DNA from: the human T2T-CHM13v2.0 reference genome, Homo sapiens
NCBI RefSeq assembly: GCF_009914755.1
Contig: NC_060925.1
Reading direction: 5' to 3' (one strand)
Length of the DNA: 64,000 nt
The position numbers and the translations under genes are program-made. Positions 42,644-62,747 of this stretch are shown here, one piece after another; position 1 is the stretch's first letter, and each line of letters opens with the position of its first letter. The notes beneath the pieces are model-generated. The model did no database searches, was not told where the DNA came from, and was given only the letters and a program-made list of their open reading frames with translations.

Positions 42644-44984
42644 TAAAGTTACATTTCAGAGGAAACTATCTTCAGGAGGGCATGAAGCCTATATTGGCTA
42701 CTGCAAAACAACCAGAAGTTTTATAAAATATTTCTGATTTAAATTACTAAGGCACTATAGATAGGCACCTATATTACATACAATCTTCAAACATTTTTAA
42801 AAGTTGAAACTATGTATTAGTTGATATCTAAAATATTAAAGCCCCTGACAAACTGAACGGCTAAGAACTTGACAAAATGAGATGCCTGTTTCAATGATTC
42901 TGTTGCCAGCATATTAATTAAAATACAATTTGAGATTCTAAATTACACGATCCAGCCTTAGTCCAGGGACCTTGTGATGATAGTTGTATTAGACTTCAAA
43001 ACACCCTTTCCGCAGGAAAGGGCATTTTTCAAGATGGCAACTGCTGTGTCATCATTTTCCCTTTTCTGGACTGTATCAGAAATCCTTCAGAAAGCCCTAC
43101 CCTTAAATGCACAGCTGCTTTTCCCAACTGCAGTTTTCTCTTTTCCCATTAGATGGCAGTAACGCACCATCTCTCTTCACACAGGGTCAGCGGTGGAGGG
43201 TAAGTTGAACAGAAGGCCCACTGCACAGCAGGCCAAGTTTCTCTAGTCCACGTTAGTGGGGCACAAAAATTGGAAATGAGAATACAGAAGAGTGATTCTA
43301 ACCAGGTCATAAGGCCAAACTAGTGCTAGTTATGGAAAAATAGGAGACAACTAGTGAACGAGAGATCTGTGAAGGGTTTCAGTGCAATCCTGCTGAGTGT
43401 CAAGGGGTGCGGGGAAGGGAAATGAAATCGACATCACTGCACTCCCTAAACCCTGGAAGGAGGGAGAAACAAGGGGCTAACCTTTGACTGAAAAAGGGCA
43501 TCTGACAGAACAGAAACTAACCCCACTTAACCCGCAACTGAAGAATGCCTCACAGTTATTCTTCTGAATATCAAGATGCATCCAGTAACAACAGCCAATA
43601 ACAGACTAGTAACAGAGTTACATAATCCAATTAACAAATTAGGACAATTTCCCACCACCTGCCTCAAAAACTCCTGGCTGCCCCTATCAGCTACCTGCCC
43701 ACCTCCCCATCCTGCGGCAGAGGCTAGTACACAAATACCAATTCTGCAAAGTACGGAGACTTCCAACAGCAAAGAATAAAGGCTTTCTAAAATGCTTAAG
43801 AAAGTGCTTTGAATAACTTAAAATGACACTTCTGCCCCCAACAGAGAGTAGATATATCAATATTTACCTTTTTGTATACATATTAACACTTCTCCATTAT
43901 TTTATTCCTAGCTTAAATACACACAAGGCCAGTGGTTTGCAGGCCATCCTGAGATACAACTATGGTATCAAAGTAAATAGCAAGGTCCTTTACTCTCTCT
44001 TCTTATAGGCCTGAAACTAACCAACTGAACTTGTCCAGTCATCGCAAGCAAGTATTTTTTTTAAAGAAGGTGTGATCAAGAAGAACACTGACACAGCTCT
44101 ATGGATGCTAAATTCAAGGCAAATTCACTGAAAGACATTCTTCTCACCAGAGAATATCCTGGGAGATGGAATAACTCGAAGGAATGAGGACTACAGGAAA
44201 ATACTTGTCTCAAGACAAAATGACAAAAAGCCAGAGCATTCAGAGCTCAGAGAACATGTCACAGAGCTTCAGATCAGCTGGCCATGGAGGTTTAACAAGG
44301 AAGCCATTAGGGACACCCTGCTGGGCCTAATTGTTTTTAGAACATATGGAACTTTGTGCCACCACACAGCTGTGAACTCCCTGGCTTTTGTCAGCTTGTG
44401 TCACAACCTCAAGAAGAAAATAGCTCACTAACGCCCCCACCTCTGACTTCCCACTAATTTACTATATTTCTTCTTATAACCTCCTGTACAACTGTAAAGC
44501 AACTGGACAATATGTAAACTCTGCCTCTCCTCTACTTTTAATTCTATAAAGAATATAGTATGACTTGTCACAGAGAAACAGTATAGAAGAAGCATAATAC
44601 TGGGCATATGACAGAAGCTCAATAAATACTTAATGTATCTGGCCTGTTTTCAAGATGTTATTTCATTATACATTCATCACAGTTGCTGGGTATGGGCCAA
44701 AAATCATTTAGTGCACAAAGAAAAATTGTATAAAGCTTTTAGCATTTATTAAAATTAGAATAACTGCTGTATTCCCTTTGTAGAATAAGGTTAAGTAAAA
44801 ACGTTTCATTTCTAGAATGTTAAACTAAAAATAAGTTTAACACAATGAATAATTTGTATAAAGATAATAAATATTTGTTGAATGGATGCTGAAAAAACCT
44901 TTTAAAATCTTACACTAAAGATATAGTAAATGAACCAATACACACTGAAAACATTCTATCAGTATCTGAAAAAAACATTCCTTT

Positions 44985-45488
<504 letters not shown>

Positions 45489-46850
45489 TGAGGAAAAGTT
45501 CCTCTTAAATTTTTAAAATCAAAGATCACACAACCTTTTGGCTGAGATCTTATCTGAATAAAGAAGCAAAAATTTACTAACCTCTAAATCTTACAGTCAA
45601 ATGTAACTAGTAACTACAAAGGTATACTTTCCTAAAAAATTAACCAAATCAACATTTTGTGTGTATTTATAAGCTACAAAGGTTAACTTTTCATTGATGA
45701 CAGTCAGTACATTTGCATATGGGGCAGTTTTGAGACCCAAATGACCAACCCCAGAATACAGACACATCTGCTGAATTTTAATTCTGGAGCCATTCACCAT
45801 AGTACTCTTCTCACAGTATGCCATTCCCATGGTTTTTTTCACAGTAAATAAACTGGTGATATAAGCTCATGATAAATCATAAAGATCCTAATACTATGAA
45901 TCTTAAGTAATGGTATTTAAGAGAAAACCTCTAGGTCTTTTCAAACACTTCTGTATAGTACAAGGCAGTCTGCTTGGTACAGAACGAGAGAATCTTTGTA
46001 GGCTTTAGAGACCCAGTTCATATAATCAGATCTTAGGGTTGCATTTTTAAAAAATTTACTACAAAGCAAATCTAATTTTAGAGACAAAAATTAAAAATTA
46101 TTCCATAGCAACTAAAATGCCCAATGATGATGAAACAAAAGACATCGAAGTTCTATGTAATTAATTCAGTAAAAAAACAGTTGTGGAGCTTTGCAAATTT
46201 CCAGAATTTTAAAATTCAGAAATGAAATTTTTGTTGTACCTTTTATTCTATAATTCAGAATTCTAATAATGATGCCAATGCCTAATGATATTGGTGATTC
46301 TTAAACCTGGGGTATCTTCCTTCCTATTTATGCTTATCTCACTGATTTGCTAAAAAATGAGAAAATCCACAGAGATTGAGAGAACACACACTTTCTTGGA
46401 AAGGCTGACCAACAAAATAATCCTTAGGCCACACTCTGAAGTTGCGGATTTCCATGAACTCCAGAGCTGAATTAGGACTTCTGAGGGAGAAAGACCACCT
46501 TCTTGCCCGTCATTCACATTTTCTCCCGCTCATTCATTTCCCCAATAACGAGTCCAATATAACATCCTCTTCCAGTCTGCACCATCATGTGGAAAAGCCA
46601 CGTGGATTTTTTGCTGGTTTGTTTAGAGACCAGGTATTCCAGGTAACAAGTAGGCACATTTCTAGAGAACTCTGATGCTCCTGAACTCCTGACTTAACCT
46701 TCCTGAGGGTCACACCATAAAAAGAACACCCTACCCCAGAGCTGGAGGCAACAGCTAAATCATGATTTCTTATTGTAGAACTACTTAGCAAGGAAACAAG
46801 GGACAGGCCACAAACAAAGTGTCATGGAATCACTTTAAGACCAAAGACTT

Positions 46851-47154
46851 GGCCGGGTGCAGTGGCTCATGCCTGTAATCCAGGCACTCGGGGAGACTGA
46901 GGTGGGTGGATCATTTGAGGTCAGGAGTTTGAGACCAGCCTGACGAAGACGGCGAAACCCCATCTCTACTAAAAATACAAAAAAAAAATTAGCTGGGAGT
47001 GGTGGTGCGAACCTATAGTCCCACCTACTTGGGAGGCTGATGGGGAAGAACTGCTTGAACCCAGGAGTCAGATGTTGCAGTGAGCCAAGATTGCGCCATT
47101 GCACTCCAGCCTGGGCAACACAGCGAGACTTCGTCTCAAACAAAACAAAACAAA
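46851..47154 (+). mobile_element. AluS in SHE 3'UTR (antisense to SHE)
   Basis: Full-length Alu ~135 nt past the SHE stop codon. Confidence 0.9.
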
Positions 47155-47288
47155 TCACTCTCTGACTTTTCAAGGAAGACTCCCATTTTCTAGCAGTTGC
47201 TAGTCCAGCCTTGTCCTCTGAGATGCTGGTTGTGCGCTGATGATGCCCTTGAAGGTGCCAGAGGCCCAGGGCTTGCAGTGGCTGAATC

Positions 47289-47552
<264 letters not shown>

Positions 47553-47820
47553 TCACACTAGGTTGATAGGTTCTCATCCATCCCGTAATGGTTCTACACA
47601 CACAGAAATGCATTCCACACTCTAGTGGTACTCTCAGAAATTTCACAGTCTAAACGCATGTAATCCTTGAGTGGTTTATCCTTATCACATATGAGTCATC
47701 AGGTAGTGGAACAAAGAAAACAATTAAAAAGAATGCCAAGTCCCTTCTAGCTCTCAAATTGCAAAACCAGTGCTTACGCCCAAGCACGAGGCTACTAAGG
47801 TGAGGTAGAAACTCATCCTC

Positions 47821-48310
<490 letters not shown>

Positions 48311-49081
48311 TTAATCCACAAGCACCAATTTCAGGAACACAGTCGAGCTATTCCTGGTATTGTATATCTGGTGGCCTATCCCATTTTCTGAGCCATATTG
48401 CTCAACTCCCCCGCCCGACTCTGTTCTCCTCCAGCCTGATTGTTTCAGCTGCAGGGGCTCAGCTTCCTCAGGAAGGAAATGCTGTTAGGGCTCTTGACAA
48501 TGATCCTCCAATACAGGGCCACTGAACTCACGGAGCAGTGAGAATTTCCATGATACACACTCCACCAGGCCTACCAGGCAAAAGTGAATTTTCTGTGTAC
48601 AATCAGACAGAGGGAGCAACAGGCAAGTCAGCATTTCCTTCTTCACCAGAAGAAACTGGTGTCAAAATTGCAGTTGGCATTTTGACAATCAGGGGGATCT
48701 TGATTTATTAAAGTCCCCAATACTAGGGAATAAAAGAAGAATGACTGTACTACCCTGTTAGAAATAATTCTTTTCATCAGGAATTATTTCTCTACTGAGA
48801 GGGCCTACTCCAGATTAGGTAATGTAAGGTAGACATTGACTAATGCACAAAGATAATGCAATAAGACCTTCATTATCATAATAGATAATGGAGGCATTTA
48901 CCCAATACCAATTTTGCATTCTCATCCAAGTGTCTCATGTTCCATTGTCCAAACAAATGCCTCTTATTTTCTGCAATGCACACCCCTGTGAAACACCTTC
49001 ACAGTATGTTTTTTTTGACTAGAAGACTGTCACACAGTGTTCCTTCCCCTTGGAGATGAGGAAAGCCATGGGGCTTACTTA

Positions 49082-49378
<297 letters not shown>

Positions 49379-49665
49379 TCACAAAGCCTATCAATCATAC
49401 AAGAGTGAGTTAACGGCGCTAGTGTCATTTGAACAGTTTTCACTCTCTACAGAAGAATAAGACTTACAATGAGCTTGTTGAGATGCAGTGCACTTTCCAT
49501 TTTGCACAATGCACTGGGCTTTGAAGATGGGTTTTCATTAAAAACCCCATCCAGGCAAGTGTTCATTAACAAAAATAATCATGTGAAATGGGCCAGTGTG
49601 CTCCCTGATACAAAGCTGTAAGCTCCCAGCTGTTGTCTGTTACAAGGATCTGAGGAGGAGACTCA

Positions 49666-49878
<213 letters not shown>

Positions 49879-50131
49879 TCAAAGGGAAAAAACCTCCTTG
49901 CCTGCCTTGGCTCAGGAAAGAAGCATTTTCCCCCTTTAACATTAACTATAATATACTGCAAAATACCCTGGCTAGCTGAGCTCCTGCTGTCTTTGATATC
50001 TGATCACACTGCTAGCATCCCACAGACACTTTTTCTGTAAAATATTCATCAGTATAAAACAGTTTTAGATTATGAGAGGAAACCACTTTAATGTATTTCA
50101 ACATGGACTTTTAAAAAACTTGTGGTTTTGT

Positions 50132-52024
<1,893 letters not shown>

Positions 52025-52053
52025 AGGTGGTCATTCTTTCAATGGTCATTTCA

Positions 52054-52590
<537 letters not shown>

Positions 52591-52894
52591 TCAGCACCTC
52601 TGTCTGTCTGGGTGAAGGTGGCAGATAACTCCAAGATTGCTCCCTGATAGGTTGATTACTTCTCAGCTGTGTTACAAAAGCAAAATGAAGGTGCCTACAA
52701 CTTCTTCCCTCCAGTTGCCTGAGTCAGATAATGGGATCCACATTTAAGGTGGGAGATTACATCTGAAGACAAGCACACCTCCAGGGTGCCACTTGCAGTT
52801 TGTAAGTAGTGGCCTCAGGGTAACCTGCTTCATTTCCAGGTTCTGGTGTCTGCTCTGAGTATAGCTCACTTTCAAAGTTTTTACATCTTGTCAG

Positions 52895-53214
52895 GAAGCC
52901 CAGATAAAAGAATTGTAATAAAATCGACTGCAAGTCAAAAATGCACTTAATACATGTAACTTACTCAGTATCATGGTTTAGCCTAGCCCACCTTAAACGA
53001 ACACATTAGCCCACAGCTGGACACGATCATCTGACACAAAGCCCATTTTGTAATAAAGTTTTGAACATCTCATGTGATCTACTGAATGCTCAAAGTAAAA
53101 ACCAGAATGGCTGTATGTGACTCGAAGTACAATTTCTACTGAATGCATATCACTTTTGCACCACTGTAAAGGTTGAAAATTATAGTCAAACCACAGTAAG
53201 TCAGGCACTGTCTG
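52895..53214. mobile_element. TcMar-Tigger-family MITE (MER47A-like)
   Basis: AATGCACTTAATACA...TAGCCTAGCCCACCTTAAACG...CTCGAAGTACAATTTCTACTGAATGC...GTAAGTCAGGCACTGTCTG resembles the consensus as I recall it; subfamily uncertain. Confidence 0.6.
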
Positions 53215-53409
53215 GATATTCAAAGCATTGCTGCATATACACTAAGGGAAAGCATTTATGTGCATTAGTCAGAGTTCTTGACTCCTATGCAGTTTCAATA
53301 AACTGGGGGAAGCCAGACACATTCACGAATAATATGTATTGGGCTAATAACTCCAGGATAAATCAAAGTAAAAGAAGTGTTATAGGGAAAACCAGTAATA
53401 ACAACTCAG

Positions 53410-53635
53410 CAGCTAACATTTATCGATGGCTTACCATGTGTGAAGCACTATTCTAAGTGTCTAGTAACTTTCACAATCACTCTAAGATTATGGGATATCA
53501 TTATTTCCCCATTATTACAGAAGAGAAAACTGAAGCACAAAGAGTTTAAGGAAATTGTCTAAACCAGTAAGTGCCAAAGCCTGGATTCAGAAGCAGGAAG
53601 TTGGGCTCTAGAAGCTATACTCTTAGCCACTACAC
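53410..53635. mobile_element. MIR element
   Basis: GCTAACATTTATCGATGGCTTACCATGTG...CCCATTATTACAGAAGAGAAAACTGAAGCACA. Confidence 0.7.
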
Positions 53636-55319
53636 TTGGATTGACTCCAAGTGGAAGAGAAATGGAAGATGAGTTGACTTTGATAGAGAAGGTCATTTCC
53701 AGTAGAGGAAGCTGCATGAGTGAAGATATGGAGGTGGGAACGATAGAGGGCTTGTTCCATAATGGGGAGCTGAGAGATGGGTCTAAAGGCCAGAAGGCCA
53801 CAAAGGAGAGAGGCAATGGGTAATGGGAGAAGCAGCTGGAAGCATAGGCAAGCCAGGTGCCAAGGTGTAGACATTTTAAAAGTAAGGACACAAAGTTTAG
53901 ATGGTTGTGTATGTAAAACAAAACCATTATAAGGTTTTTTTTTTTTTCAGTGGGGAATAACAATTATATTTGTGTTTCACTGGAAGGTAACTCTAACCAT
54001 GGTGTACAGGATAGAGTAAATCAAAAAGGTATAGTCTGAAATGGGGCATAAAAATAGATGGAAAAAACCATATGCAAACCAACCAACCACTAGCTATCTA
54101 ACCAGCCAACCAGCCACAGTGAGAAGGAACTAGCAGTACAGGGTGGTGAGCAGCCTGGGGTCAAGGAGCCTTGCCAGAGTTAGAGATGGCTGGAGTCTGG
54201 ACAACCAGAGCTGGTGATACAGAGTCTATATTATAGACCAACAGAAATGTCATTTTGTGGCTCTTCTAAACGCCCATCAGGAAGCCTTCAAACCATCCTC
54301 TACCTGGTCATAGTCAAGGAGGAACTTTCTATATGCAGATACCTCATCTCTTAACACCTCATAAGCTCCCGACTGTTTACTTAAGAAGTGAAGAACACTG
54401 AGAACGGCATGGGAGGCTTACATGAGTAGGTCACTGTCTTTCTCCCCAATTTCTCAACACTACCCTGCCCCATCTCCCCATAATCCAATTCTTTGCTCTG
54501 ACCAAGTGGAATTTCTGGCAGTTCCCTGCATACTACACTGTCTTGAGCCCACCGGTGTCCTGGCGATCTTGCAATCCTTTACAATCTAACTCAGCATCTT
54601 CTCCTCTCCGGAGAAGGCTTTCCTGCCCACCTTCTTCTCTGATACCCCACAAAGTTAAACAGGTGCCACGGCTGGACCAACGCACTCTCACCCTGCTCTT
54701 CTCCCACTGCATCCATTTATATGTTGATGTGTCTGTATTTTCAATTTGGTGGAGTCTGCCAGGGCAGAGACCACCATATCTTGTTTATTACTGTAGGACA
54801 TATCATTGTGCTAAATAATGACTGGATGGATGGATGGGAGGAGAGAGGGAGGGGAGGGAACTCAAGAATGTCTCCAGGCAGGTGACAGTGTGGATCTGGA
54901 GGAATACGTCAAGGGGTTAACAAATGGATCGTTGTGAATACTGTGAGAATGAAAGCAATCACAAGAGAAAAGGACGGCAGATTGAAAACGAGAGAGGATC
55001 AAAGGCAGAATCTGGGACTCCTTCAGTTATGGGTGGCTGGAAGGAGGTGCCAGCAAAGAAGGCTGAGGGGTCAGGTGAGGAGGAAGAGGCTCAGGAGACC
55101 GCAGGGCCGCAGACACAAAGGGTGGAAAGACTTTCTATCTGTAACTTCAAAACAGGTGTGGGGATGGTCCGTGGAGAAATGCCACTGACTCATTAAGACC
55201 TCTATAACAAAAAGAGGGCAACAAATGAGGGAAACATTATTAAAATCAGGACACCAAATTCAAAAGTGCAAAACTTAGGTATAGGCTGAGGTTATAGTTC
55301 TCTGCTGACTAGGGGCTGT

Positions 55320-55496
55320 CAGCAGCTGTCTCAAATTCTGTGCAGGGACAGCTCATTGAAATCACCCGCGGGCTTTCACACACACTGCTTTAACCACCAG
55401 AGGTTCAGATTGGATTAGTCTGGGGTACAGTGTGGGAGTCAAGAGTGTAAAAATCCCCCAGGTGATTCTAAAGAGCAGCTAAACCTGAGAACCACT
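55320..55496. mobile_element. MER5-type hAT-Charlie MITE
   Basis: CAG..TCTCAAA...AATCACC...CCCCAGGTGATTCT...TGAGAACCACT. Confidence 0.55.
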
Positions 55497-57423
55497 TCCA
55501 CACCTCCTGGGTGTCCACAGTCCCCATCTTGGTTCCTCATTCTCCGGAGCCTGTCATTGCTAGTCCCATCCTGAGGAGAAAGGTACTGCCTGTGTCTACC
55601 ACTTCCACCTCAGAATGTAAGAGTCGGAAGAACTGTCCCTGGCCCCCACCCCCAGGCCAGGCCAGGTATCTGGGGTTGTCTGAGGTCAGAGCTGCATCTC
55701 CTGAGTCCCTGGACTCTCAGTCCTACAGCTTTTCTTCTTCCTTGCTTACTCCAAACAGAGCTATGGAAAACAAGAAACAAAAACATACTCTGTTCTTGGT
55801 TCAATTAAGACAAGGCTGTAATTTTTTTAAAAGGAACTTTTCTAAAGAACTAAGAAAAGGGAAGCAGAAAACACAAAGGAGTTCAAAGGATGAATATAGA
55901 ATACAATTTTAAGGTTTCTAATCATAGTTTACACTCAGTTGAGACCATCTGGCACAGGCTGGGGAAACCCTTTCCCAAGGTCCTTGCTGCAATTCTGCCC
56001 CAGCTAAACTAAAAGGAAAAAGAGGTGATTCTAACATTAAGACAGAAGGAGCCCTGCTCACAAGGACATTTCAATACATTTGGATTAAAATGTACAGGGT
56101 GGATGGGCAGTGTTCCTACCGGGCCTTCCAGCCCACCTCCCCTAAAATAAAATAAAATGATGTATAGTGATTAGAATCTTGAGTTCTTATTACACACGCG
56201 TTTGAGTTTTTACTTTTGCAACGAGGTCCTTCTATTTAGACAGTCTCCCCACACTTAGAGTTCTGGGAGATACACAAAGCATGGAGTTGAGAATGCTTTC
56301 TTGCAGGGTCCTGGGATTAGGCAAAATCTGCAAACTGCTATCATCTTTTGAAACAATGTTTAATTAGGGGAAGAAAGGGCTTGAGCACAGGCCTCCCCTC
56401 CCCACACCACCCCCCTCTTCAAGGGGAGTAACCTTCCAGTCCATTCCAACACCTGGCTGCCCCCAAACCTGAGGCGCCATAGAAACAGAAACAATCGTGG
56501 GGCTGCAAGCCGACCCTTCCTGCAGGGAGAATAGCCCCTGACGTGCAGAGCTGGCTCCAAGAGGAAACGAGCCTGAGAAGGAGGAAATGGCAAGAGGAAG
56601 CTACACCCTGGCTGCCGATAGAGGCCATTTACCACAGCAGACAACAGAATGCAGGGGACGGGCAGCAGATAAACACTCATTTGCAGCCTGGGGCTGAAGC
56701 TCAGCACTGACCTGCACCTACTAAAAACATGCAGTTGGTTGGTGTGAAACATTATAGGGGCCCAAAATTTTCCCTTCTCAATCCCCAACTCGCTGCAGGT
56801 AATTATGTCATTCACATGAAAACACAAAAACAAGAAAGTCTTAGCAGAAGAATAAGATTTTCTTTTACTAAATTAACTGTAGTTAGCAATAAGTATTGCC
56901 CTATATGGTCCAGAATGCTCTTTGGAAATATAATTGTCTCTGGAGTGTCTAACTCACGGCTGTACTGACTAGGTATACACCTGCTAGGTGTATTATGCCC
57001 AGAATCTCACTGATGCCTCACTAAGGCAGTGACAGATGTGTTACCCCATTTTCACAGGTGAATACACGGAAGCCACAGTCATGCAGCAGTTATGGTGAGG
57101 CCAATTATTACCAACTCCAGAGTCCATGCTTTATGCTCAAATGATTTCACGTAAAATGTTAATTCCAATTTCCAAATAATGTGCCTTTTCCCCTAATCCA
57201 TTTTAACCCATTTCATGTTTCCAAAACATTAAACTTGGAGCCTCTTAAGACTCTATTTTCCTCCTGGAATCAGAAACAGGGCTGCCCGACAATTTTTTAC
57301 TCATATCTTTGATCAGTGCTCAAGCTTTTAAAATTACTTTAATATTTTCTTATTGAATAAATCTAAACATCTGAACAAAAGCAGGTACAATTCAGAAACC
57401 CTGAAATTTAGCGAGGAGAATAA

Positions 57424-58235
<812 letters not shown>

Positions 58236-60760
58236 TTAGTGAGGTAATTTGGCCAGGCTGGTACCTAGTAAGCTCTCAATTTACAGCTGTATGACATCAA
58301 CTGCAGAAAGAATCCTCATGCTAACTAGCCAATGGGAACTTTTAAAGACCTGTCCGATGCTAATGTTTCAAAGCGGTGGCTAAAACTCCTAATGCTAGAT
58401 TATGTAGAATATTTCTGCCAAATATTTAGCTAAATATCTTAGCTAGAATATTTAGTTAAAATGTTCCTGTGAATTTAGCAGAAAAGCAACAGAGGTTTAT
58501 ATTAATATTGCCTTGTATTCAGTCATATCTTTTTATGAACAATCCTTTGGATAAATCTCAGTGATAATTTACTCATAAACTCATAAATTCTTAACTTTTA
58601 AAAGTTAAGAGCAAAGTTTTGGGGGGACCCAGGCTTCCTGGGTCCCATAGCGATTTGGCCACAGGAAAGCCATGGGCTTCTCTCAGTTTCCTCTGCCCCT
58701 GAGGTAGATGCTGGCTCCTATTCTCAACTTCATGGCACTTATCATGCTTTTCAATGACTTATCTTCTTTGCTGGTAGGTCTGTTTCCCCCTTAGGCTGTG
58801 AGGTCCAAGGGCAGAAATCATGTGGGTCTTGTTTCCTGTATGCCCAGAGCTCAGGACAGGGCCTAGTACATAATAAAAAAAAAACCTCAAGAAATATTTG
58901 TTGGGTATTCTAAAACAACATATGGGCAGTATTCTACACGCCCAAGATATTGTTAAAACCAGGCCTGTAATTCCCATTTCACCGGTAGAAAAAAGGCAAT
59001 GCAAAGAATGGCAACACAGATTTAACCACTCCACAGTTCAACTGTGTTCATTAAAATCCTTTCCATCTTCAGAAATGCTGAAACAAGTAAAAAAAACTCT
59101 CATTTCTCAAGAAAGACGGGAAATTTCCGAACTTGGACTTGACAATCAGGTACACAAGGAGCAAACTGAATAAAAAAGTAAAAGGTTTAAAAAACAAAAA
59201 ACAAAAGCCCAGCAGCAAATCTTTTATTTCTAGCTTCCGATAAACTCACTTCCTGTTATTCTGTCCAGCTTGTAACCTACGGGTAGAATAAGAGGTAGAG
59301 TCTCTACACTGATTGAGAAGGTGCTTTGTGATATATATTCTAAATGAAGAAACTTTAAAATCCACGAGTACAACTTTTTTAAAGTTAAGACCAAAGTATA
59401 CTTAGATCACTAGTTTAGAAAGTTAGTAATTTGGATTTTTAATAAATTTGAATTTATTTGCCAACTGAATATATTAATTTTGTATTCCTAAATGAATTTA
59501 TTTTCAGAAATTGTTTAAAACAGAGCATGGAACTTAATACACACTCAAATATTAAATGCTAGCGATTATTATTACATTTATTCCATGTTGGACAATTCTG
59601 ACTTCTGAAGACAACATTCTTGGTTGAGTGGAAAGGTGCCTCACTTACGGGTGAAGTTTACAGTGGTTTTGCAAACGGCATTTCAAGTGTGTCCTGAACG
59701 CCATGTGGTGTCAGGGGCAGACCACTCAATGTGGAGTGGGAGATCCGGGTGCTAATTCCTGCTCTGTCTCTTAAAATGTCTCCTTAACACAGGCAAGCCC
59801 CAATCCCTTTGATCTTGTTTTTTGTCACCCTGTCACAAGGGGGACAGCATTGTAGTCCCCTAGCTTATAGAGCTCTTGTGGGAATTACATGAAAAAAAAA
59901 CAAAAAAACCCCCCAAAATTATATTCATTTTTATAAAATCACAGCACATTTCCTCTTATCAGTGCAGCTCTCCAAATAAACAGATGTATGGTATAAACTA
60001 CCTACTTCAGTTAAAGAGAAAGATAAGAATAAAAACCCAAGGACAAAGAAAGGTGAATCACAATTAAGCATAAAACTTTTTTTTTTAAGAAAATCCTTTT
60101 CCTCAATTTTATGTAAAAGTAAATTCTTTTCCCTATTCCTTTCAAGGCTCTGATGTTTTTTAAAACTCTGACAGTTCATTTTCACTTCCTTTCATTCACA
60201 GATTTCATTAGGGGTCACAGTCCAGTGACCTTCAGGGTCACAGCCTGGCCAGGGTACACCCTCCCCACACGGAGGGCCTTATCTCTGTAAGCAGAGAAGC
60301 AGGAAGCGGAGCCAGGCTTTCCTGTTCCAGCTCGTTTTCATTCTGAAGACTGTCTTGGCCCTTCCAGTGTGCTGCTGCTACTCTCTGCTCAACTCTTCTG
60401 AGACTATACTTAGAGAACCTGAGCTTGACAGCTCTTCAATCTGTTCTAAACAGAAGAGACAAAGTCTTTCATGTGGGACCAGTTACTCTTCCCAGGCATG
60501 AAACCCACAAGAGTCAAATAAGGCTCCCTTGAGTCAGCATTCAGCAATTACATTTCTCATTATGGATGGAAGACTGTTTAAGGAAAACTAGGTGAAGACA
60601 TAAAGTTCACAAATAAATCTATATTATTTTTATTTAAGTATCATTTACATCAACTTAAGAGAATTATGACTAAAAGGGAAAAGTTTGACACTAAGAATGA
60701 CAGAGTGACTGCTTAGCTCACAAACTGGAATTGTTCTGACTTGAAAAGTTACAAGATTAG

Positions 60761-61833
<1,073 letters not shown>

Positions 61834-62244
61834 ATCCTTGCATTTTTTAATAGATTAAAATCCCTTAAGTATGTATTTGCTTCTTGGTAAGATGTATGAC
61901 TCCCATTATGAATGTTAAAGCTTCTGAAAGTGGCCCCAAAATGTATATAATCATGTTAAAACTGAACATCATATTCTGAGCAGATCTGCACTCATAAATG
62001 TCATCTTGCATAGAACTAGAAAAACTTTGAAGACTCCTGTAAATTCTAAAACTCTGAAGGATACTAAATCATACAGGAAGTTACCTAAATAGTCCGACAT
62101 TAGTTTGGGGTCTAATTTCTGTTTCTTCAAGTCAGCAGGATCTGGGTAAATTGCTTTATCCCTCTTCCCCAATAGACACCGGTTACTATATTACAACACT
62201 CACTGAGTGTGAGATTTCAGTCTCTATTCTGTAGAGCCTGCTTA

Positions 62245-62403
<159 letters not shown>

Positions 62404-62710
62404 CTAAGGGCCACCGTATACCAAAATGGCAATGGTATCAAAATGGCTACTGACATCTCCTGCATATCCAAGGAGGTCAAAATCTCTATAACCAGTTCCA
62501 GATAGCTTTTGCACTTGATCATGTGTCCCAGTTAGACAAACACCTGTTTTTTTTGGTTGTACAGTTGATTTGCAACAATTCATCTAACTCTTTCACTTAT
62601 CCCCAAGGCTCTTTATACCTCCCTTTATTTCTCCAAGCAATAAAACATTTTCTGGGTTAGAGGGTGGCAGGGGTGGATGTGGGGAGTGAAGGCTACCTGT
62701 GGCTTTAGAG

Positions 62711-62747
62711 CATAAAGGGTATGTGGCTTTACCACATACCCTTTATG
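62711..62747. repeat. Perfect inverted repeat, 16-bp arms and 5-nt loop
   Basis: CATAAAGGGTATGTGG-CTTTA-CCACATACCCTTTATG. Confidence 0.97.
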
